A DNA stretch of 64,000 nt from Acidobacteriota bacterium (GTDB taxonomy: Bacteria; Acidobacteriota; UBA890; WLXD01). Shown here in pieces: positions 1 through 9,924 of the stretch. The notes beneath the pieces were generated by a model. That model did not search any database. It saw only the letters and a program-made list of their open reading frames with translations, and was not told the DNA's origin. The stretch spans positions 576,001-640,000 of the forward strand of contig CAXWPL010000004.1 of assembly GCA_963666215.2 (NCBI GenBank), given 5' to 3'. Each line of letters opens with the position of its first letter. Position 1 is the first letter of the stretch. The position numbers and the translations under genes are program-made.

Positions 1-236
1 CAATGGCCTCGGTGACCGCGCCGGAACCTGCATCGATCCCAAGGCGCAGATCGTCGAGGGCAAGACCGTCTGCCTCGTGAGCTGCCAGCGGAGTCCCGAG
101 CCGGTGTACCTGCGATGGGAAGGGTATGGAGAAGGCCGTTGACGGCGATCTGTACGTCCGCAGCGGCCCCGGTACGGTGCGACTTGGCAAGGAGGATGCC
201 GACAAGTACGTCGCCACCAGATTTGGCGCGACGTGA
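1..236 (+). CDS. 3' end of a Schlafen/AlbA_2-domain protein (runs in from the window edge; 1-bp frameshift near 118)
   Basis: Manual translation NGLGDRAGTCIDPKAQIVEGKTVCLVSCQRSPEPVYLRW then, in a shifted frame, KGMEKAVDGDLYVRSGPGTVRLGKEDADKYVATRFGAT*. It parallels the AlbA_2 C-terminus of 576..2684 (RTVFVIDVDKAPDAVFCKW...LFIRVNTTTRSL). Confidence 0.6.
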
Positions 237-269
237 TCCCGGCGGACTGACCCTCCCGGGGTCAGCGCG

Positions 270-395
270 TCGATGTAGCCACTTTGCGAGGCGGAGGGAG
301 GGACTGCGAGCTCCCCGCCGTGCGGCGGCGGTCCTGTTCTTCACCAATTCCTGAGCGAACTCCTGCTGCTTCGGGGTGAGCCCGTGATGTCTCAT
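270..395 (-). pseudogene. Terminase small subunit (TerS)-like N-terminal remnant
   Basis: GAGGAG RBS and ATG at 395 give MRHHGLTPKQQEFAQELVKNRTAAARRG, resembling the TerS LTPKQxxF...NATxAAxxAG HTH motif; a shifted frame continues PSASQSGY. Confidence 0.4.
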
Positions 396-575
396 GTATC
401 TGCTCCTCGACAACATCAGCTATCAGCCCGAGGGCGCGGAGGCGCCGGTCCCGCTGCCTCGTACAATGCGAGTCAGCAGATGACTCACGCGCCGATGGTC
501 CCCGAGTCACCCTGCGCACCACCAAGGGACCGCACCCGCGCCACTTCCGAAGGCACGCCGAGCCCAAAACGCGCG

Positions 576-2684
576 TCATCCCCAATGGGTCTGGATATAG
601 GCATGTGCGGCCTGCGGATCTAGGGAGCGCGTTGTTGTATTCACGCGGATGAAGAGGCTGAGATCAGCCTTCCATTTGCAGAAAACGGCGTCCGGTGCCT
701 TATCCACGTCGATGACAAAGACCGTTCGATCTCCGATGTCCTCAAAACGGCTCCGAATCAGACCTGAGTGCTCAGCGCCAAGGTGGTCGACGACAAGTGC
801 TCCGATCAACTGCTCGAACTTATCCTTCGATCCGTCCAAGAGCTTCATATCTGGACCGATTCCGGCGACCGTTCCATCGTCTTCTACGCCTATCACTAGC
901 GTCCCGCCTTCGGTGTTTAGGAACGCAGCTAGCGTCTTGAGTACCAAGAGCCGTAGCGCCGGATTCTTCTCGTTGCGTCGAATGTCCCATTGCAAGGTTG
1001 TCTTGAATTCGCGGCTGAGGCTCTCGCCAAGCTTGATGAGCTCAGTCACTGGCCGCTCACCGATCTCCTCTGGTTCTGTGATCAAGTCGGTCATGAAGTC
1101 GTTTAGCTTTGTCGCAATCAAATCGCGCCGCGCGGCCAGAAAGTCTTCATAGTGCGTTACTTCCCAGATCTCGGGACGCATCGGAATGAACTGCTTCGTT
1201 AGCGCTCCTGGATACCTCTCCTCGACCTCGTGCAAGTACTCGGCCGGTCGGCGATTCGACAGAGACCGATTGCTCTCGGCCGTAAGGAACCCCCGATTCG
1301 CGATCTCGTTCACCTTTTTCCGATCAAGATGGCTGCTGGAGTCGTAGAGCTCTTCATAGAGAACCGACTGCGGGAAAATGTGATGGCTGTGCAGGCGATA
1401 TCGACCGTCCAGTCGACTGGTGAGGGGCATACCGTTGAACCAGTCAATCCCACCTAGGGCCTTCGCGAGCAGGAGCGTCATTCGGTAGAGGGGATGTGCA
1501 GCGCCTCGGCCCTCGAAGTCTGCCGCCTTGACCTCGATGCGACCCCGCTGATCGATGATTTGCTCCCGGAGGCTCTCCCATGGAGCCATCTCGCGAACGA
1601 TAAGACTCAGATCGTGCTCCAATCGATTGTCGGTCTGGGCTGCATACCTTCCCCATGTATGAGCCGCGTACAACCAGTGAAGTGCGTTCTGCAGCGCTCG
1701 TTCGTCTGGGAACTTGCCCTCGTGAGTCGATAGATAAACGACTAGCGGAACGAAAATGTTGGTGCTGTTTACGTCCTCGGTTGACTGGATGAACGCCTTC
1801 TCAGGTAACAATCCAGCGAGGTAGTCAAGAATCTTTGAGAGTTGTGTCCAGCCCGCCTCAAGAACCTCGCGCTCCTTCGGGTGGATCGTCTCGAATAGCG
1901 CCCTCTGCGTGACAACACCCGTCAATGCTCGGGTCATGAAAGTGAGGTCGAAGTAGAAGCGTTGGGTATCAAGCCATTCGATCTTCTTCTTCATTTCTCG
2001 TCGCGCCGTAGGCCATCGGGCAGTGACGTGCGTCAACGCTAGATCAGCGTCTGTTAACTTCGTACCTTTACTGTTTACGCGATCGAAGATGTCGATTGCT
2101 TCGCCCAGGCTCGCGTGGGCAGGAACTATCTGCACAGGCAGATCGATGGACCGGATCCCTTTGAGAGTCTCGACGCGCTCGTTGAAGATTTGGGCGAGGC
2201 GCAGATGCTCGTCGGCGTCGTCAGCTTGATTCTGCGCGATCTGGAAGACGTTCAATGACGCGGAATCTGTGAATACGTCAACGACGCGCCGCCACAGAAG
2301 GTTCCCCTTCATCCGCGTCGGTTGGTAATACTGAAAGTCGCCGTCGGCAATGTTAAAGAACAAATCCCGCGGGTCGTAGGTTATATCTCGCTCACGGTAG
2401 TAGGGTGGGATCTGCCCTGAGATGAGAAGGAATAATGTTGTGAGACGTTGTTGGCCATCGAGGATTATGGATACCGTCCCGAGTGAGTCAGGTAGTTGGT
2501 CGACGTTCTTCAATTCTGGTGGTTCAGTTGTCTTCCAGAAAAGGACTCCGCCGACTGGATATCCTCGCGATAGAGACACCATTAGCTGTTTGGATTGCTC
2601 GCGTGTCCAAACGTACTCACGCTGGAATTCGGGAAGCACCAAGTTGTGGTTACGAATGTCATCTGTGAGTTCGGCGACTTTCAT
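576..2684 (-). CDS. GmrSD-like (DUF262 + HNH/DUF1524-like) modification-dependent restriction protein with C-terminal Schlafen AlbA_2 domain
   Basis: DUF262 motifs FQREYVW, DGQQRLTT, IFDRVNSKG; HNH-type HHIFPQ...IANRGFL...N; AlbA_2 ESLSREFK...AFLNTEGGTLVIGVEDDG. Confidence 0.85.
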   Translation of the reverse strand: MKVAELTDDIRNHNLVLPEFQREYVWTREQSKQLMVSLSRGYPVGGVLFWKTTEPPELKNVDQLPDSLGTVSIILDGQQRLTTLFLLISGQIPPYYRERDITYDPRDLFFNIADGDFQYYQPTRMKGNLLWRRVVDVFTDSASLNVFQIAQNQADDADEHLRLAQIFNERVETLKGIRSIDLPVQIVPAHASLGEAIDIFDRVNSKGTKLTDADLALTHVTARWPTARREMKKKIEWLDTQRFYFDLTFMTRALTGVVTQRALFETIHPKEREVLEAGWTQLSKILDYLAGLLPEKAFIQSTEDVNSTNIFVPLVVYLSTHEGKFPDERALQNALHWLYAAHTWGRYAAQTDNRLEHDLSLIVREMAPWESLREQIIDQRGRIEVKAADFEGRGAAHPLYRMTLLLAKALGGIDWFNGMPLTSRLDGRYRLHSHHIFPQSVLYEELYDSSSHLDRKKVNEIANRGFLTAESNRSLSNRRPAEYLHEVEERYPGALTKQFIPMRPEIWEVTHYEDFLAARRDLIATKLNDFMTDLITEPEEIGERPVTELIKLGESLSREFKTTLQWDIRRNEKNPALRLLVLKTLAAFLNTEGGTLVIGVEDDGTVAGIGPDMKLLDGSKDKFEQLIGALVVDHLGAEHSGLIRSRFEDIGDRTVFVIDVDKAPDAVFCKWKADLSLFIRVNTTTRSLDPQAAHAYIQTHWG

Positions 2685-2777
2685 TCTTCATCCTTGCCTT
2701 GGTATCGGTTATCCATTTCACGTTCGTAGACAAGCAAGTTCTGTTCCCAAACTACACACTCTCCCGCTCCAAACCAG

Positions 2778-2940
2778 GAGCTGAAGCGGACCAACGAGGT
2801 CCTGCACAAGGCATCAGCGTATTTCGCCCAGGCGGAACTCGGCCGCCGAGCGACGGGATGGTGCGGTTCATCGATGAGCATCGAGACGACCACGCGGTCG
2901 AGCCGATCTGCGCGCAGGTGCCGATCGCCCCAACGACCGC
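2778..2940 (+). mobile_element. IS3-family (IS51-like) transposase remnant, orfA/orfB junction only
   Basis: ELKRTNEVLHKASAYFAQAELGRR followed by MVRFIDEHRDDHAVEPICAQVPIAPTT. Confidence 0.7.
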
Positions 2941-2989
2941 AACGTGGCGCACGCCGGCGTTTCGTCGGCCCACTACGCGCGTCATCCCT

Positions 2990-3428
2990 CTAGAACAGCA
3001 GCCTGTAAACCGTATCCCAGCTGCTGTCGCAGTATCCGTGGCCTGTGGCCGAGTCGAAGGTCACGTACTCGCACTTGACCCAGTGCTCCGAATCGGCCGC
3101 GGTGGCGATACCCGCCAGCATCCCGTGGACGCTCTCGTCGGTATGGTACTCGCGGGACCGCTTCCGGAAGATCGTGCCCCACCCGGGGGGGCTTGTCCGC
3201 AAAGGCCTGGTAGTGGCCCACGAGGACACGGCCGTCGGATAGCGATACGACGAATTCACCGGCGCTGGCTGGATCGCTCGCGAAGCCAGCGTTTAGTAGG
3301 TCCGAGCTGCTAAGGTCGTACAGACGCCCCGGAACGACCGGGTTTGGAACCGGATCACCCCGTGATGGTGCCGTGCTGGCGCATCCAAGAACCCATCCCG
3401 GCAGCAGAAACATCGCGATCAGCGTCAT
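2990..3428 (-). CDS. Putative small lipoprotein, frameshifted at the G7 run near 3185-3191
   Basis: Lipobox-like MTLIAMFLLPGWVLGC in ORF 2982..3692; continuation GWGTIF...CEYVTFDSATGHGYCDSSWDTVYRLLF in ORF 2990..3259. Confidence 0.45.
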
Positions 3429-3698
3429 CAGAGTGTCAGTCCCAGCAGGTCCTTCGCGTCTCGTTACCGGTCGGCGGCGTAGATGATGTGGTCCGAGACT
3501 GATGCCGGGATCGGACGACTGCCGGCGGCCGGGATCGAGCACGGTCCAGTTCAACAGCTTCAGCACGCGCCTCAAGCGGGCCGGTATGGAGCGGAGCAAT
3601 GCTTCGTTCGTGGCACGGGCTGCAGAGGGCGACGTCAAGGCGGTACGGCTCGGCCAGAGGATCTGGATAGATCCCCAGCAGGGGCCTATCATATCTCC

Positions 3699-4073
3699 AT
3701 GACCAGCTTCCGGATTTTAGTGACGGTGCTCGCCGTGATTCACGCGGTGTTCGCAGGATTCACGGCCCTGGTTGGAGCATTCGCGAACGGCGGAGACGTT
3801 TGGCAACGGTTGCTGCTGATCCTCCTTCACCCTCTTGGCGCTGCGGGAGTGCTTCTGCTTGTGTTGCGGCCCCGCCTCACCACGACGACGATCCTCGCCC
3901 TAGTGGCGCTCCTGATGGCGAACGTGATCGCCGACCTAGGCTTTGCGCAACTGATGGCCGCGGGCAGAGTGCGGGGAGATTGGGAGCTTGCGCTGACATT
4001 TTCGGTGGTTCCGGCGATCGGGATTGTCTACGCGCTGGCCCTGCTGCGCACGGCTCGCGGAACGGCCGGATAA
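3699..4073 (+). CDS. Small integral membrane protein (about 4 TM segments)
   Basis: ATG 3699; four hydrophobic stretches within ORF 3483..4073. Confidence 0.6.
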   Translation: MTSFRILVTVLAVIHAVFAGFTALVGAFANGGDVWQRLLLILLHPLGAAGVLLLVLRPRLTTTTILALVALLMANVIADLGFAQLMAAGRVRGDWELALTFSVVPAIGIVYALALLRTARGTAG

Positions 4074-4535
4074 GGCTCCGTCTGGAGCCGGAGACGCTCA
4101 GGCAATCGTAGCAGCGGCGCCAGGAAGGCCACGGAGCCGCGACAGGGCTCTCTGGCCCCCTGTCCAGGGCTACGCAGGCCGCCGACTGACCTCGGCGAGC
4201 ATCCCGAGATTCTTTTCGCCGATATGGATACGACCGACGAAAAGGAGCCGCGGCGGTCGCCGCGAGGCGACGGGGGTGGCAGGGTGGAACCTTGCGGCGT
4301 CGGCCCAACGGCTGAGCACGCGTATACGGGTCTGTCCAGGCGCTGCTTGAGATGGCGGCGAAGCTGCTGCCGGTGGAGCACGAGCGACGACGACCGTTGC
4401 GCCCGGCGCAGACTGCGGCCGAGCCCTCGAGCTCGACGCCGGCGACGTCCGACTGAGCCCGCCCTCAAACATCCACTACAACGCCCCCCCCCCCCCCCCC
4501 GGGGGGGGGCCGCTCGGGTCCCCAGGACGTCTAGG

Positions 4536-5413
4536 TGTGTTTTCTAAGTAGGTTGTTCACATCGGGGCTCACTTCTGAGATCAATGGGGTTGTTCAAAAG
4601 ACTCCACGACCTCAGAAGGAGCGCCCGATGCAGCTGCATGGTAACGCCCGCACGACGCCGTATATACGCCGAGAGATGGTCCGCCGAGTCCGGGAGCGGG
4701 CGGAGCCCGTGACGGATCTGGGCTACAGTCGGACTCCCCCCGCCGAAACGCGTTCGGTCGACAGCCAGTCGATTCTGTGCTCGACCGTCTCGGCGTGGCT
4801 GAAGCGGCTCGGACTCGCCAAGCTTGATGCGCTCGAGCCCAAGCCCGAGATCGTTCGCTACGAGTACGAGCACCCCGGTGACCTACTGCACCTGGATACG
4901 AAGAAACTGGCCCGTATCCGTCCGACCTGGACACCGCATCCACGGCGACCGGCTCCAAGCGGGCCTACGGCGTCGGCTGGGAGAACGCCCACGTCGCTAT
5001 CGACGATCACTCTCGGGTGGCGTACGTCGAAGGCTGCCCGCCGAAGACCAACACACCTGCACAGCGTTCCTGCAGCGAGCCGTCGAGCACTTCGCTTCGA
5101 TGGGAGTAGCGGTGCGCCGAGTGTGACAGACAACCCTACGTCTCGAAGCGCTTCAATCGCCTATGCCATCAACTCGAGAGGCACATTTACACCCGGCCCT
5201 ACACCCCCAGAACCAACGGCAAAGCCGAACGCTTCATCCGCACACTCAAGGAGCAGTGGGCCTACGCACCTGCTACCAGACCTCAGCTCGACGTACTCGA
5301 GCTCTACGGCCCTGGCTCAACCACTACAATCGTCACCGTCCCCACGCCGGCATCGGCATGAAGATCGTCGGCTCTCAGGGGTGAGTTCGTGAACAACCTA
5401 CCTAGAACTCACA
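4536..5413 (+). mobile_element. IS481-family insertion sequence, degenerate transposase
   Basis: 25-bp terminal IRs TGTGTTTTCTAAGTAGGTTGTTCAC / GTGAACAACCTACCTAGAACTCACA (3 mismatches); 6-bp TSD TCTAGG at 4530-4535 and 5414-5419; MQLHGNARTTP, RYEYEHPGDLLHLDTKKL, TNGKAERFIRTL, WLNHYNRHRPHAG spread over several frames. Confidence 0.9.
4714..4775 (+). repeat. 62-bp exact direct repeat, copy inside IS481 (second copy 5419..5480)
   Basis: GGATCTGGGCTACAGTCGGACTCCCCCCGCCGAAACGCGTTCGGTCGACAGCCAGTCGATTC is present at both positions. Confidence 0.95.
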
Positions 5414-5691
5414 TCTAGGGATCTGGGCTACAGTCGGACTCCCCCCGCCGAAACGCGTTCGGTCGACAGCCAGTCGATTCCTTCAAGGTGGGACGCGAGT
5501 ACCCAAAGATAGGGAGGTTCGTCCGCCGGACTTTGCGCCGCAACGCCCGAGCGCCCCGCGCACCCAAAGGTGGCTCAACGTGCCGTCCATCCATTGTCCA
5601 TCATGACTTGCCAAGGTCCGTCCGTCCGTCCGCCTTCCCAGACGGACTCACGCCGAGGCGATCATCGGCCACTATGCCCCTCGCCCCCCCC

Positions 5692-5723
5692 GCCGGCTGG
5701 GGACCCGGGGGTGATAGATATCC
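5692..5723 (+). repeat. Dispersed GC-rich motif, partial copy B
   Basis: GCCGGCTGGGGACCCGGGGGTGATAGATATCC versus 8086..8118 GCCGGCCGGGGACCCGGGGGGTGAGAGATATCC. Confidence 0.85.
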
Positions 5724-5832
5724 GTCCCTCAGCCATTTCATTTGCGAAACCAGGTGATGCTGGGAGTCGTAGGCATTTCCCCACGACGGTTCTTGCTTTG
5801 GCGCGGTTTCGGGTCGCCAAGCTCTGCGAGCG

Positions 5833-6753
5833 CTAGCCGCCGATTCTTTGATACGCCATCTCGATGAACGGCTTGGCGGTGTCGAACTCCTCCACGGTCT
5901 TCACATAGAGGCCGAAATCGCCCGTGCCGTAGTGCCCCACCTCAGAGAGGTCTTTGAAGATGGGAGACGGCCCTTGCGTCTCCTTCGGATCGAGCTTGAG
6001 GAACAGCAGGACCTGCTTCTTTTGAATGCGCATACAGACGATGTTCTGAGTCGCTTTGTACGCTACGTAGAACTTCTTCGGGGCCTCCTGGATCGACGGA
6101 TCAAGCGAGAGGATGAACTCCTGGGCGGAGAGAGCAATCTCTCGGATGTGGGCCGGTTTGCCGGCGACATGCTCTTCGAAGGTGTTGCTGCCGGTCTGTC
6201 GAGTGATGGCGGCCTTCTGGCCAGCTGTAAGCCCCGCAGACGGGGTGTCCGGCGTGGTGGAGTCCAGTGATGACCGGAGTACCTCTTCTAGATACAGCGA
6301 CTGATTCTCGAACAACCGGTACGTCCATAACTCGAGATTAGCCCCCATGACCTGAGCCGCATATAGGTCGTACTTCTGGAAGGTCGGTGCGATGCAGATC
6401 ACCCGCACCGAAGACCAGTCAATCTCGACATCACCGATCGCGCTCCGGGCTGCCACCTCGAAGTCACCGCGGTGATCGTGAAGCCACGCCAGATAGAAAA
6501 GGCCCTGATTGATGAGGCTCGAGGACTCGATCTTCTTGTACTCCAGAATCACCGGGTGACTCTCCTCGGAGAGCGCCAGTGTATCGATGCGCCCGGCGTG
6601 TTGGGCACCGGTGCTGAACTCGGTGGCGACGAGCCGGCACTTGAACACCTCGTCGAGGTTGGCCTCGATCAGCCCCTGGAGTTCCTTCTCAGTTCGGAAA
6701 TTGGACTGTCCGACTCTCTCCAGCTTCGCCTCATGAAGCGTGAAAAGCGGCAT
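5833..6753 (-). CDS. NucS-like PD-(D/E)XK endonuclease with C-terminal DUF5655-type domain
   Basis: EKELQ...GRIDTLA...VILEYKK...INQGLFY catalytic pattern; C-terminal KKFYVAYK...GHYGTGD; likely start MPLF at 6753. Confidence 0.75.
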   Translation of the reverse strand: MPLFTLHEAKLERVGQSNFRTEKELQGLIEANLDEVFKCRLVATEFSTGAQHAGRIDTLALSEESHPVILEYKKIESSSLINQGLFYLAWLHDHRGDFEVAARSAIGDVEIDWSSVRVICIAPTFQKYDLYAAQVMGANLELWTYRLFENQSLYLEEVLRSSLDSTTPDTPSAGLTAGQKAAITRQTGSNTFEEHVAGKPAHIREIALSAQEFILSLDPSIQEAPKKFYVAYKATQNIVCMRIQKKQVLLFLKLDPKETQGPSPIFKDLSEVGHYGTGDFGLYVKTVEEFDTAKPFIEMAYQRIGG

Positions 6754-7092
6754 ATGGCCTCGTCTCCCTCTGTGAGTTCGAGCGTCGCCTTCGATTCCCA
6801 GGAGGGCAGCTCCTGGCAATTGGATGACTCACGGTATGCTGGCGCGACCAAAATGATAACTGGGAGCAGCTGGAAGAATCCCTAGAGTTGTCCCGAGGAC
6901 GCAGTTCCAGGCAGGTGGATTCACATGCGCGCGCATGTCCTGCGCCCGATCGCGGGAAGTCGAGGCCAGCCGAGCCTCACTGCTCCGAGCGTCGAGGACG
7001 ACGACTTGGTAACGATCAGGCGGCCGCCCGCGCGCTCAATGGGATCGCGCCGGGGGCACAGCCGATCTTTTACCTCAGTGCACCGCCTTGCT

Positions 7093-7841
7093 TCACACGG
7101 CCGCCACGATCCGCTCTACCTGCTCCTCGCGTAGGCCGTACGCAGCGGCGACCTCGGCAACTCCCCGGCCGGCCCCGACCGCTTCGACGATCGCATCGCC
7201 CGCCCACGCGACCGCCACAATCATCTCCACCGTGTCCTCGCTCAGCCTGCATTCAGCGGCAAGCTCGGCAACTCCCCGGCCGGCCTCGACCGCCTCAACT
7301 ATCTTGCGCTCGATCACAGCGCGGTACGCCTTCGGGAGCTCCTCGATCAGAGCGTAGTAGAGCGCCGCCTTGTGTCGTGCGATCCACTCCACCAGGTCCT
7401 CGCGTAGCCCGTACTCGCCAGCTAGCTTAGCGACCCTCCGGCCGCCCTCGACCGCCTGGGCAATCGCAGCACACCAGCGCGGCACCACGAGCCACTGGAT
7501 CGCCACCATCCGCTCCACTAGGTCCTCGCTCAGCCCGTACTCGGCAGCGACTTCGGCAACTCCCTGACCGTCCTTGACCGCCTGGGCGATCCTAGGGCGC
7601 AACACCTCGAGCGCCACGATCCGCGCCACTCGACGCTTACTCAGCCCCCACTGGGTGGCGACCTCGGCAACTCCAGGGCCGGACCTGACTGCCGTAGCGA
7701 TTATGCGGCGGAGCGCTACCACGGCCACCTTGAACGGCCCTGCCTCGCGCTCGCTCAGCCCGCGTTCGTCGGCGATCGCGGCAACTACCTGGCCGGACTC
7801 GACCGCCTCGACGATCGCCGCGCGGATGGTCGTTTAGGCAT
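7093..7841 (-). CDS. Protein built of six tandem HTH-like repeats (ORF track 7093..7728; probable true start 7841 with 1-bp frameshift)
   Basis: Repeat IxxAVxxGxGVAEVAxEYGLSExxVExIV occurs six times; the frame stays open to 7833 and ATG CCT AAA at 7841 is one base out of frame. Confidence 0.7.
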
Positions 7842-8076
7842 GGTTCCATCTGTCAGCAGCCGGCACGTGGAACTCTCGGTTGCCGCCGTGATCGCAGCGG
7901 GCCGTGAGCTCGATTTCGGAGGGTTTTTCTTGGCTTGTTTTCAGTCTGTAGGGCGGCCGGCCGTCCGGCCGTCCCAGGATATAGCGTGCCAAGCAAACTG
8001 TAGCTGGGGTCCGGGCCAGTCTCCCCGCGCCCGGGATCTCGTCCGGACGCTGGAGGCGATAGCGCCCAACCTCGAG

Positions 8077-8154
8077 CCCCCGGGGGCCGGCCGGGGACCC
8101 GGGGGGTGAGAGATATCCTGTCACAGTCGGACTCTCCCAGCCGAAACTCGTTCG
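8077..8154 (+). repeat. Dispersed GC-rich motif, full copy C (homologous to 4484-4535 + 5420-5461)
   Basis: 8123..8154 matches 5430..5461 at 29 of 32 positions; both are preceded by a C-run/G-run. Confidence 0.85.
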
Positions 8155-9770
8155 AGCACTGGTGTCGGCGGGGATCTCCTAGGAAAGCGTGCTCGCTTCT
8201 TCGAATCCGGGACCTTCTCTCCGCTTGCACGGGTCCGTACCCAGGCTTCCGGTAAGTAGTCGAGATCTTGATCGGGATCCCAGACCTCGTCACCGATGAT
8301 CAGATAGCCGTCCGTGGCGTCTTCCCCGACATCCCCGGCCGCCCGGAACTCCCGAGGCACCAAACGGCCATCCGCCACAGAGACGCAGATGAAAGGATGC
8401 CCCGTGGCCCGGCTGAAGACGTTGGCGAAGATCGGCTTGTTGCTGTCGTCGTGCTTGTAGATCCCCGGCTCGAGCGTGATGAATCGCTCTTCACCCTGGT
8501 CGAGTGTCGTATAGACCGACCCAGTCTGAGCGATGAACTGATGCAGCTTGAAGGGAAGAAGCGTGTAGCGGGACCCCCGGTCCTGAATCTGCTGATTGAC
8601 GGCACTGACCCATTGAAGGGTCTCCTCCAGAGCCTGGCGGCATCTGCCTTGTGATTCGCCGGACTCCCCGGCCAAAGCCGCGACGACGTCCTCGAATCCC
8701 ATGGGCGTTCGCCGAACGAGCCGCCCGTCTCGCTCCTCGAGCGCGATGCGATTCTCGAGCCAGACCGCCACCGGGTGCTTCCGTAGTTCAGCTCCTCCTG
8801 CCGCGGCATCGATTGGGGCGCCGATGGCTGCGGAGAGTTCCTCGGGGGAAAACTGAGTCTCGGCCCGGGCAAGAGACCTCGTCAGCGTTTCGTCAACGAT
8901 TTGGCCCGCTTGGAACGGCCGGCCGAACACCGTGCTCGCCACGCGCGCGACTTCCGATCGCTGCGACTCGGCGTTGCCTATCGAGACCATCGTTGCGGAG
9001 GTCCCGATGCAGCAGACCGACCGCTTGCATTGAGCCTGGATGCGACGGATGAGCATCGAGACGTCCGCGCCCTGCCTGCCGCGGTACGTGTGCAGCTCGT
9101 CGAAGACCAGGTAACGGAGGTTCGCGAAGATCGCATCTCGGATGGGCCGCTCCTGCACCCGGGTGAGGAGGAGCTCGAGCATCATGTAGTTGGTAAGGAG
9201 AACTTGCGGGGGCTCCTCCCGCATCTCTTGCCGCCGCTCCTCCTTCTCCTGGCCGGTGTACTGGCCGAAGGTGATGGGAAATGGACGGCCTGTACTCTGC
9301 TCGTAGTTGCCCTTGTAGGTATTGAATTCGTTTGTCTGCGAGTTAATCAGCGCGTTCATCGGATAGACGACGACCGCCGCCACTCCCTCGGTCTCTCGAT
9401 TGGCGAGCAGGTGATTGAAGATCGTGCCGATGTAGGTCAGCGACTTGCCTGAACCGGTCCCAGAGGTGACGACGAAGTCGGTACCGGCCACGCCCAGTTG
9501 AATGGCCTCGAGCTGGTGGCGGTATAGCGAGTACCCACCGAAGATGTGCCGGGCGTCGTCATGCAGCAGTCCTGAGCCGATGACTTCTTCGACGGAGCCC
9601 CCCTGCTCGTAGGCGGGATTGAACTGCAGCAGCGGCTGCGGCCAGAGACGACCCTTGGACAAGGAGTCTTCGACGTTCCGCGCAATTTCCTCGTCGGAGA
9701 TGTTGATGAAGCTGCGGATGTATTGCGCATAGTCATCTACGATCCGTCTGTGGGTGTCGAAGACATTCAT
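8121..9770 (-). pseudogene. Large DEAD/DEAH-box SF2 helicase (DUF1998-associated defence type), 3'-truncated near 8180
   Basis: Q motif LYRHQ, GTGSGKS, YPMNAL, DELH, TSAT; no helicase motifs V/VI before the stop; the last ~20 codons read through the dispersed motif. Confidence 0.8.
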
Positions 9771-9790
9771 TGCTCGACCTGTAGTCAGGT

Positions 9791-9908
9791 TCAGGGTCTA
9801 AAGACCGCGTCAGAGTGCCACTCCAAAAAATTGCGGTCGGGCCGGTTATTCGAACTCGGCGGCACCCAGATTCGCTGCTTGTGGTACGGGTAGTAGGGTT
9901 CGCCGTTG
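9791..9908 (-). pseudogene. C-terminal fragment of an HNH putative restriction endonuclease, cut by IS3
   Basis: NGEPYYPYHKQRIWVPPSSNNRPDRNFLEWHSDAVFRP*, resembling the typical NGxxYY...PxxxFLEWH tail; stops 20 bp before the helicase start. Confidence 0.65.
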
Positions 9909-9924
9909 TGACCAGACCCCGCGG

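Noticed and set aside
2690-4100. Integron cassette array
   Set aside because: Small ORFs are in mixed orientation, no attC-like sites seen, and the integrase shows no IntI-specific features.
4484-4509. C17G9 tract as a terminator
   Set aside because: No loop or U-tract, and homopolymer length is unreliable; treated as part of the dispersed motif.
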